64,000 nucleotides of DNA from Pristiophorus japonicus (lineage: Eukaryota), in the NCBI RefSeq assembly GCF_044704955.1, contig NC_091980.1:25358001-25422000 (forward strand), written 5' to 3'. Below the pieces are notes generated by a model that saw only the letters and a program-made list of their open reading frames with translations, had not been told where the DNA came from and did not search any database. The stretch's first letter is position 1. Each line of letters starts with the position of its first letter. Shown in pieces: positions 38,524 to 49,901 of the stretch. A program made the position numbers and the translations under genes.

Positions 38524-40323
38524 TCATGAAGACAAATGTAGGTCCCTTGCAGTCGAATTCAGGTAAATTTATAATGGGGAATAAAGAACGGCAGGCCAAT
38601 TGAACAAATACTTTGGTTCTGTCTTCACGAAGGAAGACACAAATAACCTTCCGAAAATACTAGGGGACCGAGCGTCTAGTGAGAAGGAGGAATTGAAGGA
38701 TATCCTTATTAGGCGGGAAATTGTGTTAGGGAAATTGATGGGATTGAAGGCCGATAAATCCCCGGGGCCTGATAGTCTGCATCCCAGAGTACTTAAGGAA
38801 GTGGCCCTAAAAATAGTGGATGCATTGGTGATCATTTTCCAATCGTCTATCGACTCTGGATCAGTTCCTCGGGACTGGAGGGTAGCTAATGTAAAATCAC
38901 TTTTTAAAAAGGGTGGGAGAGAGAAAGCAGGTAATTATAGATCGGTTAGTCTGACATCAATGGTGGGGCAAATGTTGGAATCAATTATTAAGGATAAAAT
39001 AGCAGCGCATTTTGAAAGCAGTGACAGGATCGGTCCAAGTTAGCATGGATTTATGAAGGGGAAACCATGCTTGACAAATCATCTGGAATTTTTTGAGGAT
39101 GTAACTAGTAGAATGGACAAGGGAGAACCAGTGGATGTGTATTTGGATTTTCAAAAGGCTTTTGACAAGGAACCACATCAAAGCACATGGTATTGGGGAT
39201 AATATACTGACGTGGATAGAGAACTGGTTGGCAGACAGGAAGCAGAGAGTCAGGATAAACTGGTCCTTTTCAGAATGGCAGGAAGTGATTAGTCGAGTGC
39301 TGCGGGGCTCAGTGCTGGGACCCCAGCTCTTTACAATATACATCAATGATTTAGATGAAGGAATTGAGTGTAATATCTCCAAGTTTGCAGATGACGCTAA
39401 ACTGGGTGGCGGTGTGAGCTGTGAGGAGGACGTTCAGAGGCTGCAGGGTGACTTGGACAGGTTAGGTGAGTGGGCAAATGCATGGCAGATGCAGTATATT
39501 GTGGATAAATGTGAGGTTATCCACTTTGGGGGCAAAAGCACGAAGACAGAATATTATCTGAATGGCGGCAGATTAGGAAAAGGGGAGTTGCAACGAGACC
39601 TGGATGTCATGGTTCATCAGTCATTGAACGTTGGCATGCAGGTACAGCAGGCAGTGAAGAAGGCAAATTATATGTTGGCCTTCATAGCTAGGGGATTTGA
39701 GTATAGGAGCAGGGAGGTCTTACTGCAGTTGTACAGGGCCTTGGTGAGGCCTCACCTGGAATATTGTGTTCAATTTTGGTCTCCTAATCTGAGGAAGGAT
39801 GTTCTTGCTATTGAGAGAGTGCAGCGAAGGTTCAACAGACTGATTCCCGGGATGGTCGGACTGACATATGAGGAGAGACTGGATGAACTGGGCCTTTATA
39901 CATTGGAGTTTAGAAGGATAATAGGGGATCTCATAGAAACATACAAGATTCTGACGGGACAGGACAGGTTAGATGTAGGTCGATTGTTCCCGATGTTGGG
40001 GAAGTCCAGTACCAGGAGACACAGTCTTAGGATAAGGGGTAGGCCATTTAGGACTGAGATGAGGAGAAACTTCTTCACTCAGAGAGTTGTTAACCTGTGG
40101 AATTCCCGACCGCAGAGAGTTGTTGATGCCAGTTCATTGGATATATTCAAGAGGGAGTTAGATATGGCCCTTATGGCTGAAGGGATCAAGGGGTATGGAG
40201 AGAAAGCAGGAAAGGGGTACTGAAGGAATGATCAGCCATGATCTTATTGAATGGCGGTGCAGGCTCGAAGGGCCGAATGGCCTACTCCTGCATCTATTTT
40301 CTATGTTTCTATGTTTCTATGTT
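38524..40323 (+). mobile_element. CR1 LINE nested in the opposite-strand CR1
   Basis: ORFs 38600-39043 and 39135-40223; (TTTCTATG)3 tail. Confidence 0.93.
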
Positions 40324-40382
40324 TAATAATAGGTTCTAGCATTTTTCCTACGACAAGGTGCAAAAGATGGGATACCAAAAGA

Positions 40383-40560
40383 AGCATAGAAACATAGAAA
40401 ATAGGTGCAGGAGTAGGCCATTCGGCCCTTCGAGCCTGCACCACCATTCAATAAGATCATGGCTGATCATTCCCTCAGTACCCCTTTCCTGCTTTCTCTC
40501 CATATCCCTTGATCCCCTTAGCCGTAAGGGCCATATCTAACTCCCTCTTGATTATATCCA
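40383..40560 (-). mobile_element. CR1 3' end fragment
   Basis: (CATAGAAA)n followed by the reverse complement of the CR1 3' UTR. Confidence 0.85.
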
Positions 40561-41399
40561 AAAATGTTCCAAAACATTTAAGAGGAGAATCGACTGAACT
40601 TAGCATCTAAATAGTACCATAGCAACACTGCATGCAAGGAAAACCACTATGTTACTAGCTTCCTAGCGCCCCCTCTCCTAACCAATCCCCCGATAGAAAT
40701 TCCGGCCTTAGAGAGGGAATTCCAGAGCTCAGGGCATAGGTAGCTGAAGCCACACCCACCAATTGTGAAGTAATGAAAATCAGGCTTGCACAAAATGCCA
40801 ACATTGTCAGAGAGCAGAGATCTCGGAGGGTTTCATCCAACCTTGATATGAAAATTCGGAGATGAGACTCAATATTTAAAAAAATAGTTTTGGAGAATGT
40901 TTTTAAAGGGATGCGGAGAAATGAATAGGCGGAAAGATTGCGTGGTATTTCCAGAATGTGGCTGAAGGCTGAAGATCAAAGATAGTTATGGCAGTCAGGG
41001 GAAATAGTGGAGAGGGAGAGCTGGGTGTCCTCAACATACATATGGCAGTGACCCTGTGCATGATGTCATCAAGGAGCAGCATGTAGATTAGGAAAAGGAA
41101 GAAACATTATGTTTGGAATCAACCAGCTGCCTTTTTCAACCTCATCTATTGTTTTGCTTTTGCACAGGTATCTAGTCTGCCTATGTAGCCAGGGCAGAGA
41201 ACAACTCCAGAGCTTTCAGGGGCTTTCTTAACCCCCATATGGTGGGCAGCACATTCTGGACCATTTCATGGCATCATCCTGTGGCCAAATATCCTGAACA
41301 CTCCAGGGTCAAGCTGGCCACTGCAAACTCTCCTCCTCCACCACATACCTGTACCACCTCTTCAGACCTCCCTTCCCAAAGCCTCCACTGTCATCTATG

Positions 41400-41910
41400 A
41401 TAACCACTGCTGAAGCTCTCATCCATGCTTTTGTTACCTCTAGACTTCACTATTCCAATGCACTCCTGGCTGGTCTCTCACATTCTACCCTACGTAAACT
41501 GGAGGTAATCCAAAACTCAGCTGCCCCTGTCCTAAATCGCACCAAGTCCCACTCACCCATCATCCCTGTGCTCGCTGACCTACATTGACTTCCAGGTTAA
41601 GCAACACCTCCATTTCAAAATTGTCATCCTTATTTTCAAATCCCTCCATGGTCTCGCCACTCCCTATCTCTGTAATCCCTTCCAGCCCCTCCCCCCCCCA
41701 CCCCCCCCCGAGATGTCTGCGCTCCTCTAATTCTGCTCTCTTGAGCAGCCCTGATTATAATCGCTCAACCATTGGTGGCTGAGCCTTCTGTTGCCTGGAC
41801 CCCAAGCTCTGGAACTCTCTGTCTAAACCATTCTGATTCTCTACCTCTCTTTCCTCACTCAAGGCACTCCTTAAAACATAACTCTCTGACCAAGATCCTG
41901 CGTTAATTTC
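41400..41910 (+). mobile_element. L2 LINE C-terminus and 3' end
   Basis: AEALIHAFVTSRLHYSNALLAGL...IQNSAA is a typical L2 ORF2 C-terminus. Confidence 0.85.
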
Positions 41911-42369
41911 TATTTATGCTTTTGATCTCACAATGCACAAGGCCTAAATTAGAAATCATTTTTAGATTTTTGTTTATTTAAGTTTGATTTAAGTTCAACA
42001 GCACCTCCCGAACTTGTGAACTCTACCGCCTAGAAGGACAAGTGCAGCAGATGCATGGAGATGCCACCACCTCCAACCTCCCCTCAAAGTCACACAGCAC
42101 CTTCATCGTCACTGGGCCATAATCCTGGAACTCCCTAGCTAACAGCATAGTGAGAGTACTGCAAAACAGGCTGTTGCTCAACTAGTCTGTGGGACAGGTC
42201 TACCAATTTTGGCACAAGTCCCTGAATGCGAGTGAGGAGGACTTTGCAGGGTCGACTGGGCTCATCCGCTGTCCGTGTCCAAAGCTGGTGGCTAGGTCAC
42301 TGCCTTGGTCCGTCCGGTATTATTCTTGCTGTTGTTTTCTAATATTGGCTCGAATGAACAAAATGTTGA

Positions 42370-45002
42370 ATCATTGTGGGTGGAGATTAGAGATAGTAAG
42401 GGGAAAAAGTCACTGGTGGGCGTAGATTATAGCCTCCCAAATAAAAACTTCATGGTGGGATAGGCAATAATCAAGGGAATAATGGAGGCATGTGAAAAAG
42501 GAACGGCAGTAATCATGGGGGATTTTAACCTACATATCGATTGGTCAACTCAAATCGCACGGGGTAGCCGTGAGGAGGAATTCATAGAATGCATACAGGA
42601 TTATTTCTTAGAACAGTATGTAATAGAACCTACAAGGGAGCAAGCTATCTTAGATCTGGTCCTGTGTAATGAGACAGGAAAAATAAACGATCTCCGAGTA
42701 AAAGATCCTCTCAGAATGAGTGATCACAGTATGGTTGAATTTGTAATACAGATTGAGGGTGAGGAAGTTGTGTCAGAAACGAGCGCACTATGCTTAAACA
42801 AAGGGGACTATAGTGGGATGAGGGCAGAGTTGGCTAAAGTAGACTGGAAACAAAGACTAAACGGTGGCACAATTGAGGGACAGTGGAGGACTTTTAAGGA
42901 GCTCTTTCATAGTGCGCAACAAAAATATATTCCAGTGAAAAAGAAGGCGGTAAGAGAAGGGATAACCAGCCGTGGATAACCAAGGAAATAAAGGAGAGTA
43001 TAAAATCAAAGACCAATGCGTATAAGGTGGCCAAGGTTAGTGGGAAACTAGAGGATTGGGAAAATTTTAAACAACAGCAAAAAATGACTAAAAAAGCAAT
43101 AAAGAAAGGAAAGATAGATTTCGAAGGTAAACTTGCGCAAAACATAAAAACAGATACTAAAAGCTTTTACAGATATATAAAACGGAAAAGAGTGACTAAA
43201 GTAAATGTTGGTCCCTTAGAAGATGAGAAGGGGGATTTAATAATGGGAAATGTGGAAATGGCTGAGACCTTAAACAATTATTTTGCTTCAGTCTTCACAG
43301 TGGAAGACACAAAAACCATGCCAAAAATTGCTGGTCACGGGAATGTGAGAAGGGAGGACCTTGAGACAATCACTATCACTAGGGGGGTAGTGCTGGACAG
43401 GCTAATGGGACTCCAGGTAGATAAGTCCCCTGGTCCGGATGAAATGCATCCCAGGATATTAAAAGAGATGGCGGAAGTTATAGCAGATGCATTCGTTATA
43501 ATCTACCAAAATTCTCTGGACTCTGGGGAGGTACCAGCGGATTGGAAAGCAGCTAATGTAACGCCTCTGTTTAAAAAAGGGGGCAGACAAAAGGCAGGTA
43601 ACTGTAGGCCGGTTAGTTTAACATCTGTAGTGGGGAAAATGCTTAATGAAATTTCTTCATTAAGGAAGAAATAGCGTGACATCTAGATAGGAATAGTGCA
43701 ATCAAGCAAACGCAGCATAGATTCATGAAGGGGAAATCATGTTTAACTAATTTACTGGAATTCTTTAAGGATATAATGAGCATGGTGAATAGAGGTGTAC
43801 AGATGAATGTGGTGTATTTAGATTTCCAAAATGCATTCGACAAGGTGCCACACAAAAGGTTACTGCAGAAGATAGAGGTACGCGGAGTCAGAGGAAATGT
43901 ATTAGCATGGATAGAGAATTGGCTGGCGAACAGAAAGCAGAGAGTCGAGATAAATGGGTCCTTTTCGGGTTGGAACTTGGTGGTTAGTGGTGTGCCACAG
44001 GGATCGGTGCTGGGACCACAACTGTTTACAATATACATAGATGACCTGGAAGAGGGGACAGAGTGTAGTGTAACAAAATTTGCAGATGACACAAAGATTA
44101 GTGGGAAAGCGGGTTGTGTAGAGGACACAGAGAGGCTGCAAAGAGATTTAGATAGGTTAAGCGAATGGGCGAAGGTTTGGCAGATGGAATACAATGTCGG
44201 AAAGTGTGAGGTCATCCACCTTAGAAAAAAAAACAGTAAAAGGGAATATTACTTGAATGGAGAGAAATTACAACATGCTGAGATGCACAGTGACCTGGGG
44301 GTCTCAAAAAGTTAGTTTGCAGGTGCAGCAGGTAATCAGGAAGGCGAATGGAATGTTGGCCTTCATTGTGAGAGGGATGGAGTACAAAAGCAGGGAGGTC
44401 CTGCTGCAACTGTATAGGATATTGGTAAGGCCGCACCTGGAGTACTGCGTGCAGTTTTGGTCACCTTACTTAAGGAAGGATATACTAGCTTTGGAGGTGT
44501 TACAGAGACGATTTACTCGGCTGATTCCGGAGATGAGGGGGTTACCTTATGATGAGAGATTGAGTAGACTGGGTCTTTACTCGTTGGAGTTCAGAAGGAT
44601 GAGGGGTGATCTTATAGAAACATTTAAAATCATGAAAGGGATAAACAAGATAGAGGCAGAGAGGTTGTTTCCACTGGTAGGGGAGGCTAGAACTAGGAGG
44701 CACAGCCTCAAAATATAGGGGAGCCAATTTAAAACCGAGTTGAGAAGGAATTTCTTCTCCCAGAGGGTTGTGAATCTGTGGAATTCTCTGCCCAAGGAAG
44801 CAGTTGAGGCTAGCTCATTGAATGTATTCAAGTCACAGATGGATAGATTTTTAGCCAATAAGGGAATTAAGGGTTATGGGGAGGGGGCGGGTTAGTGGAG
44901 CTGAGTCCACGGCCAGATCAGCCATGATCTTATTGAATAGCGGAACAGGCTCGAGGGGCTAGATGGCCTACTCCTGTTCCTAATTCTTATGTTCTTATGT
45001 TC
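42370..45002 (+). mobile_element. 5'-truncated CR1 LINE
   Basis: IMGDFN endonuclease through RT to a (TTCTTATG)2 tail; same subfamily as 2958 and 6608. Confidence 0.95.
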
Positions 45003-45721
45003 AGCGTTTTTTGTACAACGAAGTGTTTTCTAGGCCTTTTCAGAGGGCAGTTAAGAGTCAACCACATTGCTGTGCATCTGGAGTCACCTGTAGGCCAGAC
45101 CAGGTAAGGATGTCAGAGGTCCTTCCCTAAAGAACATTAGTGAACCAGGTGGGTTTTCAACAACAATGTAATAGTATCAGTCACTTTTACTGATGGTGGC
45201 ATTTTATTCACGACTTCTTTAATAAACTGAATTTAAATTCCCCAGCGGCCATCTCTGGATCATTAGTCCAGGTCTCTGGATTACTACTCCAGTAGCGTAA
45301 CCATTCTGCTACCATACCCACAGAGAAGAAGAGTTTCTCTGTGCCTAAACAGTGGAGTGTTTCAATTGCAATATTTTCAGCTGGGAATTATTTTTTGCTC
45401 TAATTTTTTGCATTCTGATTGATTCTGTGTCAGAAATCCAATAGAAATGACTTCTGTACCATTGAATTGGCAAAATTAAATGCATGCCCTGTCTCAGTGA
45501 GTTTACCAGAGCGTGGTTGAGACACACAGACCAGGAAAGTTCCAAGCTCGATCCCAGGCTGTGCTGAGTTATCTCAGGGTAGATTTCCTGAGGCTCTGCA
45601 TCACTGTAGAGCCTCACACACAGGATATAAAGGAGGGGTTACTCCTGGCAACAAGAACAATAAGTGACAAGAATTTTCTATCGAGATTATAAGATTAAAG
45701 AGCAAACCCTGAGTCACTTAC

Positions 45722-45991
45722 CACTGGGCTCTAGATAGTACGGGACTAAAACCTGGGGCCGATTTTGATCAAACAAAGCACATATCCAGTTCCCTCTGCC
45801 TCTATCAGCTTTCTGAATAATCAGTCGCAATGATTTCTCTTCCCCATTCCGTCCATTTAATATTTTCTCTCCAACAGTTTTGCCATCACTACTGATCCAA
45901 ACCAGTCTCATTGATTCAGTGACATCAGAGACAGAGCAGGTCAGGGTAACGGTGTCTCCCTCAGTCTCTGCATCAGATGGTTCAGCTGTGA
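45722..45991 (-). CDS. Exon of Ig-superfamily receptor: C2-type Ig domain with F-strand WxC
   Basis: 270 nt, phase 1/1, acceptor tttccacAG after a 75-nt intron, donor G|GTAAGT. Translation VTAEPSDAETEGDTVTLTCSVSDVTESMRLVWISSDGKTVGEKILNGRNGEEKSLRLIIQKADRGRGNWICALFDQNRPQVLVPYYLEPS. Confidence 0.92.
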
Positions 45992-46066
45992 CTGTGGAAA
46001 CAGGAAAATCATTTAGATTTTAAACAATGACTTTCTCGAAAACAACTTCAAGTTTCTGTCTCCTAC

Positions 46067-46408
46067 CTTTAACTGTGATTAGGTTAATGGTCACCATTTT
46101 ATTTGGTCCCAGAGAACATGTGTAAACTCCTGCATCTTCAAACAGTACAGGGACAATCCTCACACTGAACTTATCGCCATTAAAATGTCCCATTGTGGGC
46201 ACCAGTCGACTCACAAAGTAGGTCCTGTTTACATCGATAGGCTGAGATTTCGATGCAGTTGCTATTTTTTTCTCCTGATTTTGTAGATGACGTGAGCTCC
46301 AGGTCCAAGCAGCAGCTTTGTAAGTAGCAGAAACAGAATAGCAAATCAGGTCGAGTTCATTGCGATTTGTGCCTGACCGATAAAGTGTGTATCTCGTTTG
46401 ATATAAAT
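46067..46408 (-). CDS. Exon of Ig-superfamily receptor: V-set Ig domain
   Basis: 342 nt, phase 1/1, acceptor ...tctctatcgcAG, donor AAG|GTAGGA. Open translation xLYQTRYTLYRSGTNRNELDLICYSVSATYKAAAWTWSSRHLQNQEKKIATASKSQPIDVNRTYFVSRLVPTMGHFNGDKFSVRIVPVLFEDAGVYTCSLGPNKMVTINLITVK, with B-strand Cys, C-strand Trp and DAGVYTC. Confidence 0.92.
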
Positions 46409-46519
46409 CTGCGATAGAGAGACAGAGAACGAAGTGTTAGAATTTAACAGTTCCTAAGATAGAGAGAAAAGCCAGAATAATTATTGGCTACAATTATATA
46501 AAACTATTTTGTGTTTTGA

Positions 46520-48920
46520 TTATCATAACTAGCCACACTCTCGTCAAGCTGTTCCAGTACAGCTGCAACACTGGCAATTCCACGACAATGTGGATAACTG
46601 CCCCAGGTATGTCCTACAATCAAAAAGTGGACAATTCCAATCCAGCCAATTACCTCCCCTTCACTCTACTCTCAATCTTCAGCAAAATGATGGAAGATGT
46701 CGTCTACAGTGCTATCAAGCAGCCCTTACTCACCAATAACCTGCTCACGATACTCAGTTTGCATTCAGCTCCAGACCTCATTATAGCCTTGAATTCCAGA
46801 GGTGAGGTGAGAGTGACTGCCCTTGACATCAAGACAGCGTTTGGCTGAGTGTGGCTTCAAGGAGCCCCATTAAAATTGAAGTCAATGGGAATCAGGGGCA
46901 AATTCTCCACTGACTGGAGTCATGCATGGCGAAAAGGAAGATGGTTGTGGTTGTTGGAGATTAATGATCTCAACACTACACCATCGCTGCAGGAGTTCCT
47001 CAGGGCAGTGTCCTCGGCCCACCATTATCAGTTGCTTTATCATTGAACTTCCCTCCATCATAAGGTCAGAAGTCGAGATGTTCGCTGATGATTGCAGTGT
47101 TCAGTTCCATCCACAACTCCTCAGATAAGGAAGTAGTAGTCCATGCCCACATGCAGCAAGACCTGGACAACATTCAGGCTTGGGCTGTTAAGTGGCAAGT
47201 AACATTCGCACCAGGCAATCACTATCTCTAACAAGTGAGAATCTAAACACTTTACCTTGACATTCAACAGCATTACCATCGTCGAATACCCCACCATCAA
47301 CAACCTGGGGTCACCATTGACCAGAAACTAAACTGGACTAGCCACATAAATATGGTGGCTACAAGAGTAGGTCAGAGGCTGGAAATTCTGCGGCGAGTGT
47401 CTCACCTCCTGACTCCCAAAGTCTTTCAACCAAATACAAGGCACAAGATAAGGGGATGATGGAATACTCTCCACTTGCCTGGATGGTTGCAGGTCCAACA
47501 ACACTCAAGAAACTAAACACTATCCAGGACAAAGCAACCCGCATGATTGGAACCTCATCCACTACCTTAAACATTCATCCCCTCCACCGCCGGCGCACCG
47601 TAGCTGCACTGTGTACCATCTACAAGATGCGCTGCATCAACTTGCCAAGGCTTCTTCGAAAGCACCTCGCTCCTCCCATCTACCAACTACAAGGACAAGG
47701 ACAGCAGGCGCACGTGACCACCATCAGCTATACGTTCGCCTCCAAGTTACAAACATCCTGACTTGAAAATATATCACTGTTCCTTCCTCGTCACTGGATC
47801 CAAATCTGGGAACCCGCTCCCTAACAGCACTGTGGGAGTACCTTCACCACACGGTCTGTAGCAGTTTAAGAAGGGAGCTCACCACCACCGTCTAAAGGGC
47901 AATTAGGGATGGGCAATAAATGCTGGCCTTGCCAGTGATGCCCATATCCCAGGATTGAAATAAAAACTTCATCTGATCACGTTCCTCGGGGCAGTGTCCT
48001 AGGCCAAACCATCTTCAGCTGCTTCATCAATGAACTTCCCCCCATCATAAGGTCAGAAGTGGGGAGGTTCGCTGATGATTGCACAGTGTTCAGTTCCATC
48101 CGCAACTCCTCAGTTAATGAAGCAGTCTGTGCCCATATGCAGCAAGGCTTAGGCTGATAAGTGGCAAATAACATTCACGCCACACAAGTGACAAACAATG
48201 ACTATCTCCAACAAGAAAGAGTCTAACCACTTCCCTTGACATTCAATGACATTCCCATCATCGAATTCCTACCAGCAACATCTTGAGGGTCACTGTGACC
48301 AGAACCTGGACCAGCCACGTAAATACTGTGGCTACAAAAGCAGATCAGAAGCTGGTTATTCTGCGGCAAGTTACTTACCTAATAGTCTCCCCAAAGCCAA
48401 GGGACAAATCATGAAAGTGATGGAAAATTCTACACTTGCCTGGACGAGTGCAGCTCCAATAACAGTCAGGAAGCTCAACACCATCGAGGACAAAGCATCC
48501 AGCTAGACTGGCACCTCATCCACCATCTTAAACATTCACTCCCTCCCCCACCGGTGCACCGTGACTGCAGTGTATACCATCTACAAGATGCTTTGCTGCA
48601 ACTCGCCAAGGTTTCCTCGACAGCACCTCCCAAACCCACGACCACAACTGCCTAGAAGGGCAAGGGCAGCAGGTGTATATTAATACCACTATCTCAATGT
48701 TCCCTTCCAAGACACACAACATTCTGACTGGAAATATATATGACTGTTCCTGCATTGTCACTGGGTCAAAATCCTGGAACTCCCTCCAAGACACACACAT
48801 CCTGACAGCACTACACAGACTGCGGCATCTCAATAAGTATCCTCACCACCACCTTTTCAAGGACAACTAGGGATGGGCAATAAATGCTGGTCTTGCCAGC
48901 AATGCCTACATCCATGGAAT
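46520..48920 (+). mobile_element. Two tandem decayed CR1-group LINE fragments of a distinct subfamily
   Basis: LDIKTAF, VPQGSVLG, FADD; shared 3' end gggcaataaatgctgg..ttgccag at ~47910 and ~48875. Confidence 0.8.
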
Positions 48921-49901
48921 TAATTTTTAAAATGGTTTTGTCAAAACTACGAATTTAAAAAAAATTGTACTACTTGCGTGTAGTTAATTCATAAATGAAA
49001 ACAGGAATTTATAAACATGAAACCTTTTTAATTTTTAATATGATGAGATTTTTGAGCCATGGCAGACACCATCACAGACCCAACATTCTGAGGCTGGGCC
49101 GGCAACATGGAGTCCTGCTGGTGGTGGCTGCAGGTTGCATAGAATTTTGCAATTTTCCAAATTTGGTTTCCATCAGACAAGTGCAATCCTCATTTACCTG
49201 GAATAATTATTCAAAGACGGTCCCACACAGAATTTTATAAGTTTTTGGCAAATTTCTGTCTCACTGTTCACCTCCTCCGTGTAAAATGGGCACAAGTCTG
49301 CTCCATGGGCCTGGCCCACATTAACATCATCCTTAAAGCAAGGTTGCTGATGTTTGAGTTGGTGGCAGTTGAGTGGTTCATTCACAGTGAACATCTGTCT
49401 CCTTCTGTATTGAACATTCTGCACAGACTTCATACCTGTGCCTTTTCTATTCTTTCTTTGTTATTTTCTCCCGAGCTTTCTTTCAGTATTTCGACTAAAG
49501 CCTTCAAATGTTGTCAGCAAGACTAATCCAGAGTCATTTTAACTGTTTTTGTAATACAACTTGGCAGTTGACAAGATTGGAAAATAGGAAAACCTTTCCT
49601 ATTGTCTCGGGAGCAATCATGATGCTTTCTTACAAAAACATGGGGGTAATTTGGCTTTGTGCGATAGTGTAAAACAGCTGATAGGGAACGTGATATCTTC
49701 CTTACGACATCACAAACACACACATACACAAGATGGCTCTGCAGGAACTGTCAGGTGACATTTTCACATTATGTTTTTATTGAATTTACATGAGAAGTTG
49801 CATTACCACAGTATTACACTTCACCCTTCTTCATGAAAAAGTAATCATAACAAAATAATCATCATACATAATTTGCATGGTTAAACACAACAAAAGATAT
49901 A

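Noticed and set aside
27215-46408. Naming the receptor CD4 or LAG3
   Set aside because: No CxC/CxH Lck motif, no LAG-3-type FxxL or EP-repeat tail, N-terminus outside the window and no synteny visible, so no symbol is assigned.
49060-49650. Non-CR1 stretch near the V exon as possible further exons
   Set aside because: No Ig motifs; it looks like a highly decayed Gypsy gag remnant and is too degenerate to call.
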